A stretch of DNA of 64,000 bases from Styela clava. Taxonomy: Eukaryota. Positions within the stretch are counted from its first letter, which is position 1, and every line of letters starts with the position of its first letter. Shown in pieces: positions 1 to 10,261 of the stretch. Position numbers and translations under genes: made by a program. The stretch is taken from NCBI RefSeq assembly GCF_964204865.1, contig NC_135253.1:16306001-16370000 (forward strand). The letters run 5' to 3'. Below the pieces are notes generated by a model. It made no database searches. It saw only the letters and a program-made list of their open reading frames with translations, and had not been told where the DNA came from.

Positions 1-18
1 CTCCTTCAATTTAAATAG

Positions 19-1670
19 GAAATTGTGAAAGTCTTAAGTTTCAACTTTGAGTTATGAATTTGACTCTTTACTCGGATAGCATCTACAGCCTTTCTGACGG
101 CAACTCTCGAATGTTGTCATGCTACATCTGTTATATGATATGTTCTTTGAATGGGCTTAGCATACATCGGTTGAGACAAACTGTCCCGCCCACTTGACTC
201 AGATGTATGTCTGAGTCATGCAGTCATAAATTTTTATATAATATGAATACAATTTTTTTTAACTGCAGCCCCCTTATCACTTGGTTTGCGACTCACTTCA
301 CAATAACGTTTACATTGTTATTATATTTTTAATAGTCAAACGTTAGATGTATTACCGAAACTAAAGTACATGTTTTAAAATGACTTGAATATTACTAAGC
401 CTCAGTTGTCCCAGATTTCCATTAGTAGGCCTCATTAGTAAGCTTTCCTTTGAACCTTGAGTTGCTGTAAAATGTTCTGCCCATTCTCCAAATTTAATAA
501 AGTTCTATTTTTTCGAAATTACAGTAATTTACTATGTACTTCATTCAGATTGAGACCTGGAGTGAAAATCTACTCGTAACAAGCAATGTTATTGAAGAGA
601 TTCTCGAGCATTTACGAATAGTAAGGTAAGAAGATCCGTTTTAAAAAAGTGTCTCCTAACCTCTTTGGAAATGACCGAGATTATAGATAGCTACTGTATT
701 CATGTACTGTGAAATATATGGACTACACACGAGACTTTAAAGTTACCTCAAATGATTCATATGTGTTAGCCCATTATTGATTCTTTCAATTGGTTTTGTT
801 TACTCTTACTCAAAAATTAATTTTTTTTATCAAACATGTAAAACAAAGATGATAGAACTTACTGTAAAGTACGGACAGGTTTGGAGGTGTCAAATCAACT
901 GATAAACTACTCCGGCATTGACTAGTAAGCGGACGAAAGGCAGCTGTTTGCCATATGATCAAACTGTCTTCTTGGTTACACTGGGATAAATATGAAAATT
1001 CTATTCTAACAGCGGGAGAGTCAACATGATAAAAATTGCATTTGTATATTTCAGCCCTATCATTCCAATTGTCTTTCACCATGGACATTCAATGTTTCAT
1101 TTTGTATATCTTCATCATCTATTCTTTCTGATATTATCGTACCTAAAGCTTTGCATGCAAAAGAAGGACAATCAAGAACATTTGACTGAAAGATCAGGTA
1201 TTAAACGGCAAATCCATACCTATATGTAATTGATTAATGTACGTAAGCATGTTCAGGACTTCATCCATATAATGGTTTTTTCAAAGGCAGCAGCAATAAA
1301 TTGGAGCTGAGCCTCATAAAGTGGGAAGGCTGGCTGAGTTTGATCTTTATTGTCATAATGATACCACAATTTTTATTTTTTGCAATAGTAAGAAAATATA
1401 AACATTTTGATGAAATGATGATATCACATTGGCTTGAATATTCATCTGCTTTTTTTTAAACCATAGCAAATTTTTGTAAACACTGGAAAAAAAGGACTTG
1501 TTTTCTGGGCACCCATGCCCTACTAAAACTGTAGTTTCTTGACTATGCTTTCAGATACTGAGAAAAGGCTTTCATTATCAGCAAGATTACAGAGATTGAA
1601 AGAAGACCGTGAGAGAAGAGATGAATCATTGAATGATGTTCTCACAGGAGTACCAAAGATTGATGTGTAA
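19..1670 (+). pseudogene. 3' part of a probably decayed multi-exon gene of unknown product
   Basis: AG/GT-bounded exon-like blocks at 19-204, 550-624 (IETWSENLLVTSNVIEEILEHLRI), about 1149-1197 (LCMQKKDNQEHLTERS) and about 1555-1670 (TEKRLSLSARLQRLKEDRERRDESLNDVLTGVPKIDV-stop). The later exons are phase-compatible, but 19-204 and the coding-like block at about 849-1095 have stops in every frame. Confidence 0.35.
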
Positions 1671-2718
1671 AATTGACTGTTAATCTGTACTACACAAAAT
1701 ACGTAGAATTATACTGTTCATGTAGGGCCTTATGTGAAGCGGATTGCATGTGGCCAAGCCTACATATGGAAAAGAATAATTAGGCTTCCCGCTGCTTGTC
1801 AGCAGGGAACCTATTGTATTCCTGTGTTTTATTATTATTTATTTATTATTATTATTTTTTCAAATTGGTCATACAAACTTGAAATTCACCTCAAATGTGC
1901 AGAAGTTCTCAGCTAGCAATGAAATGCAAATTTTTTTTACGCGGGAAGCCTGTTAAAGCTGCACGCAGCTCTAGTTATTACCTGAAAATTAAGATTTTGT
2001 AATAAAAATAATTTTATGGACCATGAGGTGGACTTTAAATCCTTATTTCTCTCAAAAATTCATTGTGATTCATATAAGTTGGTACGCCTAATGTATGGAT
2101 CAGGTAGTGCTTTATTGTCCACACTCAAAACTAGTAATTGACTATTGTTTTATCGAAAACCACAGTTTTAAGTTTATAAAATATTCATTTTTTTTAATGA
2201 GCGTTGTACGGTAACATATAAGTACAAAATCCTGATTGAAAAACTTTTCGAGTCTTGTGTGTACAGATTAATTAAACACTCAGACCAAAACAGGATTATA
2301 ATTTATGATACACCCAGATTTTGCGCGGTGCTTTTGTGATGCTTTTGTGAGTGCGGGCCCACTGCGGCCACAGCCCAAGATGAAAATAATTAATGTATAT
2401 TATTATTTATGATAATAGTGTTATCCTAATTTTTGTTCAACATCATATGAGCACTTTTATATATGATTCCATGTGTTATTTATATATAATATAAAACAAA
2501 TATATTTTATAGCATAAATATATATATATATATACAGAATTTTTATGATTAAAAAGAAGCCATTATGCCAATCAACACTTTACAAAGTTTATATTATTCA
2601 TCCATCACCTCCTAGCCAAAATACTTGCACATTTATAGTTAATTACATTGAATTTGTCATGTTACAAACTGCATTAATTTTGACAAAATATAACACAAGC
2701 TGCGTGAATACTCTAAAC

Positions 2719-3011
2719 TAATGGTCGGCAAACTTTATGTTCTACTGGGCCAAATATATACATTTCCAGTAGCGCCCAGGCCACACAAATTTCCGCCAAT
2801 ACACAATCACCTGCGACTTCTATTTCTGTATTAATTTCAACTAAACAGTAGGGCTATTGGATAATTACTACAAAACAAACTCCGTGTTACGACATATATC
2901 CATGAGCAAATAATAAATTTGTGAGCAACTTTTTTATGAATTACAAGTGAATTTGTTAGAGAGCTACAAAAAAAAAATTTGTTTGCAGGTGTAGCAGTTT
3001 GCAGGCCACTG
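2719..3011. mobile_element. hAT (Buster-type) MITE
   Basis: 8-bp TSD CTCTAAAC at 2711-2718 and 3012-3019; degenerate TIRs taatggtcggcaaac / gtttgcaggccactg. Confidence 0.7.
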
Positions 3012-3841
3012 CTCTAAACTTTTAAAAAAATATTATCCTAACCCAGAACATATCATAAACCCCACTTCATATTTTAACCATTTGCTATTTGTAATAAATA
3101 TCTTCCCAATTCAAAACATTCTTGGCATCCCTGGGAACAGACAGGCCTTCACAATGTTTTTTTTTTATTTGCTCTTTACTGTTATTGCATGACATTTTTC
3201 TATACTACCACAACAAGCATATTGTACTCATGACATTTTAGATTCCACTGTAGAACCTAGTAATTGTAATTTTCACTTTACTAACTATTGATTTTTCATT
3301 AATACAATCAAGTGTATTCCATGTCTTTATTAAAAGCAATATATTCTAAATTGATATAGTAAACTTGTTGGCAGAATATTATTTGGTAGGTGATGAAGCC
3401 CAGTGCGTAGTGACCATCAATATTCAACGAAAGATTGTTATTGCTAGGCATCCACTTATGTAGGTAGACAGGATTTAACAAGCAACTCATAAACTGCAGT
3501 GTAAAATATGGTAACACCAGTATACACAAACCCATACGTGCTCAGTCGAGATGAGTAAATTGTTGGATGTTTCCCGACCTTTGACCCCTGAGAAATTTTC
3601 CCCACTCTTTGCTATAGCAAAATTTTTAATGCCTATTTTGAGAGTGTTTTGGATAGTTGGCACTTAAAACATACAGTCATGTCAATCTTTAATTTGGATG
3701 GGTAAAAATTCCAGACTAGCTCTAATCCAATATCACAGTCAGGTGCAGCAGTACCTGCTGTCAGCAGAAAATGCAAAATAACTTGCATATAAGGGTACTT
3801 AACGAAGCCGTTGCAAGAGGTTGTACATTGCTACAATCAAC

Positions 3842-4195
3842 TTATTCAATACCCTCTTGTTTTTCTCTCACTGCAACCTTGAATCGTTCCTCAAGTAATG
3901 AAATTTCACTAATAAGATCTGTAATAGCATTAGTGAATGCTTCTTGTGGTGTGTAGTCTGCTGTTGTTTGCACTCGCAAAATGAATTTCGATTCGAGAGG
4001 ATGAGGTATTTTATATCCAGCGAAGAGTACTTTCGGATCTTTTAACAATTGCATCCTGAGCAGATTTCCAAGTGTGTGGTCTTCTTTATTAATTGTAAAA
4101 TGTGCAGCATTTGGCACTTTCGTGTCCTTGGTTATTTGGATTTTCTTTTCTCCATCAAAAAGTAAAAAAGCTTCAAATGCTGGTGGAGCATTCAT
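3842..4195 (-). CDS. POLR2J: DNA-directed RNA polymerase II subunit RPB11, intronless CDS
   Basis: 117 aa, [19 protein letters not shown]...[34 protein letters not shown]; very close to RPB11 over the full length. Confidence 0.97.
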   Translation of the reverse strand: MNAPPAFEAFLLFDGEKKIQITKDTKVPNAAHFTINKEDHTLGNLLRMQLLKDPKVLFAGYKIPHPLESKFILRVQTTADYTPQEAFTNAITDLISEISLLEERFKVAVREKQEGIE

Positions 4196-4230
4196 TTCAT
4201 AAAGACAGATATTATAAGCTATCTACAAAT

Positions 4231-4248
4231 CTGAAAGGAAATGACACC
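4231..4248 (-). promoter_or_regulatory. Splice acceptor upstream of POLR2J (candidate SL trans-splice site)
   Basis: Minus strand reads tcatttcctttcag|atttgtag, 35 nt upstream of the ATG and 500 nt downstream of the ZNF277 stop. Confidence 0.55.
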
Positions 4249-4731
4249 AAATCTTTAAAACAAAGGTGCATTGTAAAGATGAGTGAATGTAACTTTTTTT
4301 TAAAGAAATTTGCTCTACGCAAGGTCAAATGCTCTCACAAAAAAAATAATGATGAAAGTTACAGGTGAGCGTTGTATTCAGTAAATACTGTATCATACCT
4401 TCAGTTCAATTATACCTAGAATGTAATGATAAATGTATTTATTCTACATTTTGGCAATTTTACAAGACAGTGACTTGGCAAATTTACAGAAAATATACAA
4501 ATTACGAATTTACAATAAGCAGTTCAAACATCGGCGAGCCCAAAACGCATGTAAGAGTCCGAAAAAAACCAAAAGTATGTCAGTCAAAAATAGCACCAAT
4601 GGAAATTTTTAAACAATCCCCCCAAAAAATATGCAATAAAGTAGTAAAAACCAAAAAATGCATATACAAAAGAAAAAAATAAAGATTTGAAAACACGAAA
4701 ATTCATGATCAAAAACGTCAGGAAAAAAAAA

Positions 4732-6936
4732 TCAGTCAAAATAACCCCTCACAACCAAATCAGTAAGAACGCTCTCATTAATTATTGCTTTACAGTCAAT
4801 CCCATCTTCTCCAATAATGAAATTATCTTCAGGTTCATACAGGCCTTCTTTATCTTCAAGCTGACATAGTAAAGTATCATTTTCATATGTTGGAAAATAA
4901 TACTGAGGCTGATTCCATTTGGTTGATGACAATATACAGTCCTTTACACTTTTAGTGATTGCATCAATTAATGTAAGAGAACTATCCGAATCATTCTCGA
5001 CGTTGTCAATCTTTTCTTGTTTCTCTCTTTGTCGTAACTGATGGACTGTACGTCTTATGTAATTAACCATCTTAACTTGTTGATAGAAGCTCAGGTTCAT
5101 TGTCATGCGCATTTCAGGAAAATCGAATCCATGAACTCTTTTCATATGCTCGAAAACACGATCTTGTGTATTGAATGAAGATGTGCAGAAAAAACAAACT
5201 GCGGTTTGTCCTTCATCTTCCCAACCAGTCCAATCATCATTCCCTTCCAACTGATCTGGCTCACTTTGCAAAACTTCCCAATTTTTACCAAGTTCAAGAT
5301 AGTTTATAATGTAGTATTTATCGTAAAGTTTATTCTTTGGATTCAGTCGACGGTGAGACTTTTTTCTCATATGTTCTCGTAATGAGGCACGATCCTTGAA
5401 TACTTTGTCACAAAAGAGACACTCAAGACTACTCAACTTTTTCTCAATCTCATCGAGAAAATCTTCAACATATATCAAATTGTGAGGATGTCCAACATTG
5501 AAATTGTGATCTTCATTCATATGGTTGAATAGCTCATTACGATTTCCAATAAATAATTTTGTACAAAATAAGCACATTCTTTCAAATTCTTCATTTTCAC
5601 GTTCTTTTGTTTGTACTTCAATGAGATCTTTTAATCTTTTGAGTTGTAGTGCTTCGCGAACTTTTCTATCTTCAGGTAATGCATCACATAATAAATAATA
5701 TTTTTCACTCTCACCAACATCTTTAGGGCTCATATTTGTATTAATAGAAGCACAAAATTCTTCAATCGGTTTTTCAGTGAAGCGCTTTTTCCAATATATT
5801 GCGTATTCTCTTAAATTTGCAATAAGTTTTACATCTGCAATAACCAATTTATGTTCCACCACAAGATGGCATAAATATTCATCATATTGTGACTTTTGAT
5901 CAATGTCCTTATAAACATTTGCACATAGTACGCAAGGAGTATCCTCGGGACTACAGTCTGTCTCGAAAACAAGATGAAATTTTTCCTCACCTGATGTGAT
6001 TTGATTAAGCAAGGATGCTTTTTCCGGAAATGACAAAGGTTCCAATATACAATCCCTTGCTAAATTATCATTCATATTTTCTCTCAACTTCTGTTCGAGT
6101 ATTGAATTTTCTTCTTCATCTTGAGTCTCTTTTTCATCACTTTTACTAAGCAATTTAAGGCTTTCATTACCATTCTCTGCCTTGTCACAAATACGTTCAC
6201 TAAATAAAGTGGCATTGGTGACATCTACAAGTTCAATATCATCTACATTTGATTGTCTTTGTGGAATACCTTCATGTTCATTTTCAATATTGATATCTTC
6301 TACATGTTTCTTGGCATTGTTATTTGCAACATTATCAAAAATTTCCGAACTATCTCCAAGTTCCTTCACTTTACAATTATTTTTCTTCAATTCTTCTGTA
6401 ACTCCCGACTCAGTTTTTTTCATGTTGTCTTGGTATTTATCACGAACGACATTTGTCAGGTGTGTAGAAGTGTTCAAGTCTAAATGCGATGATATTTTAG
6501 CGCTTTCGTCACGATCTATACATAAATTGTCAGGCGTGATATTTTCAGCGCCAGATGAGCCTGTTCTGAGTTCTTGTGGCTCGTTCCATTTCGTAACTTC
6601 CACCTCAGCACGTTGCGATAAATTACCATCTTCGTTGTCCTGTTTATTTTCGGGAAGGTGACGTTTGTCTTCCCTTTTGTTCGAACTTTCAACAAGCTGG
6701 ATATTGAAATTTATATCAGGCAAATCCTCCTCCACAGAAGCTTCACTTGGCACGATTGACATAACGAGAGGAGTCAATGCAGACACAACTAATACCGGTA
6801 TACGGGCTTTGGACACAGCCGCACTCAATCGAGATAAATTGCGGTCAACCAAGCGGATTCCTGAATTTCTTCTGTCTGCGTCGTACCCAACGAGCGAAGT
6901 CAGCGAACGCTGATTTCTCAATGACTTTTTTTCCAT
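4732..6936 (-). CDS. ZNF277: Zinc finger protein 277 homologue with long acidic N-terminal extension, intronless
   Basis: Contains DCILEPLSFPE, HLVVEHKLVIADVKLIA, CLFC...HMNEDHNFNVG, CLFCDKVFKDRASLREHMRKKSH, YDKYYIINYLELGKNW and WNQPQYYFPTYENDTLLC, all typical of ZNF277. Confidence 0.93.
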   Translation of the reverse strand: MEKKSLRNQRSLTSLVGYDADRRNSGIRLVDRNLSRLSAAVSKARIPVLVVSALTPLVMSIVPSEASVEEDLPDINFNIQLVESSNKREDKRHLPENKQDNEDGNLSQRAEVEVTKWNEPQELRTGSSGAENITPDNLCIDRDESAKISSHLDLNTSTHLTNVVRDKYQDNMKKTESGVTEELKKNNCKVKELGDSSEIFDNVANNNAKKHVEDINIENEHEGIPQRQSNVDDIELVDVTNATLFSERICDKAENGNESLKLLSKSDEKETQDEEENSILEQKLRENMNDNLARDCILEPLSFPEKASLLNQITSGEEKFHLVFETDCSPEDTPCVLCANVYKDIDQKSQYDEYLCHLVVEHKLVIADVKLIANLREYAIYWKKRFTEKPIEEFCASINTNMSPKDVGESEKYYLLCDALPEDRKVREALQLKRLKDLIEVQTKERENEEFERMCLFCTKLFIGNRNELFNHMNEDHNFNVGHPHNLIYVEDFLDEIEKKLSSLECLFCDKVFKDRASLREHMRKKSHRRLNPKNKLYDKYYIINYLELGKNWEVLQSEPDQLEGNDDWTGWEDEGQTAVCFFCTSSFNTQDRVFEHMKRVHGFDFPEMRMTMNLSFYQQVKMVNYIRRTVHQLRQREKQEKIDNVENDSDSSLTLIDAITKSVKDCILSSTKWNQPQYYFPTYENDTLLCQLEDKEGLYEPEDNFIIGEDGIDCKAIINESVLTDLVVRGYFD

Positions 6937-7456
6937 TTGAATAAATAAAGTTAATCATACACAATTTTATATATTCAGTATTGATAATTTGAAACATGAA
7001 CCATTTATAAACCTATGTGTAGTTGTTACATTCGACATATATTCCATTTACAAGGTCATTTACCTTGCTGTTATCAAAATAGGAAAAGTTTTCATGATTG
7101 CGTACATACCCCGGGAAACGAAAATATGACGATTGTCGAATCACATAGATAGAAATTACACGCAAATTTAAAATGGCGAATTTTGGAAAGCGAGCACAAC
7201 CCTCAAAACAATTTAAAAAAAACGAGAAATATCATGTGTCCGCTCACCAGCACACACACGTTAAAATCACAAACCTAGTTGAATTAAACCGTATTAGTAT
7301 ATATTTACGGTTAAACGAGACTTGGAAAAAATACGCAAATATATTAAACTTTCGGGCTGTTTATTCCCTGTATGATTCTAGTCTGCCGTGGGAGCGCAAT
7401 ATTGTAGGGCTGTAGAGTGTAGGCTACGTAAGTTTTATTTCTATGGAATGAAATAC

Positions 7457-7569
7457 GGCGCTCCAGAAGTGTGTGTACCAATATGGAGGTAACTTATTCG
7501 CCGACTTTACATCAAGTTGTGTAAATTATGGCCTAACCCCCAACCTGGTACACACACTACGAGAGTGCC
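7457..7569. mobile_element. Short MITE-like repeat (related copies at about 11334-11545 and 18280-18338)
   Basis: Imperfect inverted ends ggcgctccagaagtgtgtgtacc ... ggtacacacactacgagagtgcc; shares ccaatatggaggta and cctaacc motifs with the copy in an IDH1 intron. Confidence 0.55.
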
Positions 7570-8066
7570 CAAAATACTATATTAGAGGCGGGGTTATTAA
7601 CTTTAAGCCAATGAATTTCAATTGAGCAGTCATGGTGTTCTTTTTCAATTTGTTCAAGTAAATTATTTGTTGGACCGAGTTACGAGTTTATTTCTATATG
7701 TTATAAGAGGTGATTCAGACATATTACAAGATACTGCAGCTTTTCATGAGGTATTAATACTAGTCCGAGTAGTTTTAATTCGTGGATATAATGGAGCAAC
7801 GGTGGGGCAAAGCTGCACATGGATATATCGCCGGATAACAAGCGATTCGTATAGACCAGTGGTTGTCAAACCAGAGCCATTGTATAATGGCTCTGGACAA
7901 ACGGTGAAGCGCGCTCCACAAGAGGGGCGTAGAGGGAGAGTTTATTTGTTTTGTCCACCAGAAAACATATACACAACAAAAACATGATTAATAAAAAGCG
8001 AAACAGTTCTCGGTATAGACTGGGTGGCAACGATACGACCATGCGGTCATCGGAGTCTGTTACCAC

Positions 8067-8411
8067 TGGGGCTGGGCATTTCGAATCGAATAGTAAATTT
8101 TCGAATCGCCGCAATCTTGTTTTACTCTTGCCGCCAATGGTCGAGGTAAATTTCTCAATTCATTGAAGCCATATTTTTTCAACACAATTCTGACATATGA
8201 CTCTTTTCTGTATTGAGGTATTGATGGAAACGTTTTTTTTTTTATTGTCAGGGATGTATTCTATGTTTCCAGTAATTTATGTGTCTGGAGGACCTAAAAT
8301 AATAAGAAAGTTACATACAATTTCATACCTTTCAAGTATTCGAGATTCGATTCGAAAAAATTATACGATTCGATTCTGAAATCATCAGGTATTCGAAAAT
8401 GCCCAGCCCTA
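8067..8411. mobile_element. hAT (Ac-type) MITE
   Basis: TIRs tggggctgggcatttcgaat / attcgaaaatgcccagcccta; 8-bp TSD GTTACCAC at 8059-8066 and 8412-8419; repeated subterminal ttcga motifs. Confidence 0.85.
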
Positions 8412-10234
8412 GTTACCACCCAACATTAATATCAATAAACATGAATAAAAAATGCTTCAGATATGTTTTAACATATTTTAGGTGTGTCCAAAAACAACAT
8501 TAAATTTCCACGGAAAGAAAGAAAAATTACTAAAATATTCGCGTATACACAATAGGGCGAATAGGCAATAACATATAGGCGTTTAAAGTTAAATAGAATT
8601 TCGGACATGTTGCACACTTGATCAAGTGTGGTATTGGTCAAATTTTACATGAATATGTATTTTTGAGTATAATTATGGATGCATCAATTGCGTGGAATCG
8701 CAGACAATTTTTTTTTAGACTTACATTTTAAAACTTTTCATTCATTTTCCATTCACGTATTTTTTGGATAAAGCAACATACTTTCGCCTTACTATCTGTT
8801 ATTTGCAGCTTATCGTTAGCTAGTTGTTCTTGAAGTGGGGCGCGAGACTTGACAAATTCTAGAATGGGAGCGCGGCTTCAAAAACTCCCGAGAACCACTG
8901 ATGTAGACGAATCCGTCAAGATGAATGTTGCACATTCATCCCCGAAGTGATTCGTGTCCAGCTCGGTAGCGCAGGCCGATATTTTATCAGTTAGTTGCAC
9001 AAACTAACAAATTATCTATCTAATATTTTCGCGCGTCTGATGTATGAGCCGTGCACGTGGTACAAGCAGTTTGAAGCCCGACTGAAATAACTTCAAGACA
9101 AATTAGGGGTTTCTCAGCGCATTGTTGCCTTACAAACTTACATGCCAAATCCATCTGCAACACTCCACAATCTCAAACACAAGTCACATTTTGAACTGTC
9201 AGAAAAAGCTCTACTGCTTATATGATATATAATATATATTTGATGACAATATATAAGCAATGAGAATCTAATCATTATCTGTGCAAAAAAGTATATATTA
9301 ATCACACATATACCAGTTTTAATATTGAAGTACTGGTAATGATTTAGTCAAAATGAACAACGACATTTATATTGATTTCTTCTAAGAATCATCTATATAA
9401 AATTAGGATTACAAGCAGCATGTAGTAGGGAATCACAATGGTATAACACCTTAAATGACATTTTAACATCTATATATCTTCATAGAGTCAGTGCTTAAAA
9501 TCTCCAACAAATTGTCATCAGAATTACACATAAAAGAGAGTTAGTATTAAAACATTGCAATTAGTGCAATGCTGATCTGGCTTTCATTGTAGAAAAGGAA
9601 CAAACTCAAGTCTAACCTTAAAATGTTGAATTACAAAATCAAGACACCGTATATGTAGATAATTAGTCTATACATGCATAGAAACATCATAAATATATCA
9701 TATACATTGTGTATTATGCATTCAACTAAATTATGGCTATGAAACTGCAAGCAGGATAACAAAAAATGAAAATATATCTATAGGAACAGCAGCGGGATTG
9801 GGTTAATTAGATAAATCACAAAAAATCTCATTTATTTTGAAGGCCTATATCACATACTTCAATGCAATACTACTGCAAATGGGAATTAAATGAAATTCGA
9901 TTGAGCAAGAAAGGGTTAGACTTAGAGTTATATACGCATGGTTCATTACCACCAGGAGTGGGGAAGTTTTGTTGGAGCTACCAGAAATTTAATTATTTTT
10001 TCACTTTTAGAATTTACTAATACTCCATACCTACACAAAAAAAACATTATTGGCTATGGAGCTTAGCCCCAAGCTGGGTTCGGAACTGAAGTCACTGCTC
10101 ACTTTGCAGATTGTCATACCACAAAACATATTTGAAATGAACAAATAAAAATTCATTCTAAAAACTTGAATCTTTAGCACACATTACATAAAAAGCAGAT
10201 ATTTAATTCATAGCGGCATTTAACAGCATCTACT

Positions 10235-10261
10235 TCACAGCTTAGGTTGATGCCCTAGTCA
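10235..10261 (-). other. Stop-codon readthrough motif TGA-CTAG and C-terminal extension X-LGHQPKL-stop (cryptic PTS1)
   Basis: Minus strand: TCA GCA TTG TGA CTA GGG CAT CAA CCT AAG CTG TGA. Confidence 0.8.

Noticed and set aside
6182-6913. Plus-strand ORFs antisense to ZNF277 (and similar ORFs opposite CCDC142, Kelch-like, PPOX, SNX19-like)
   Set aside because: Shadow ORFs of real coding sequence with no recognisable protein features.
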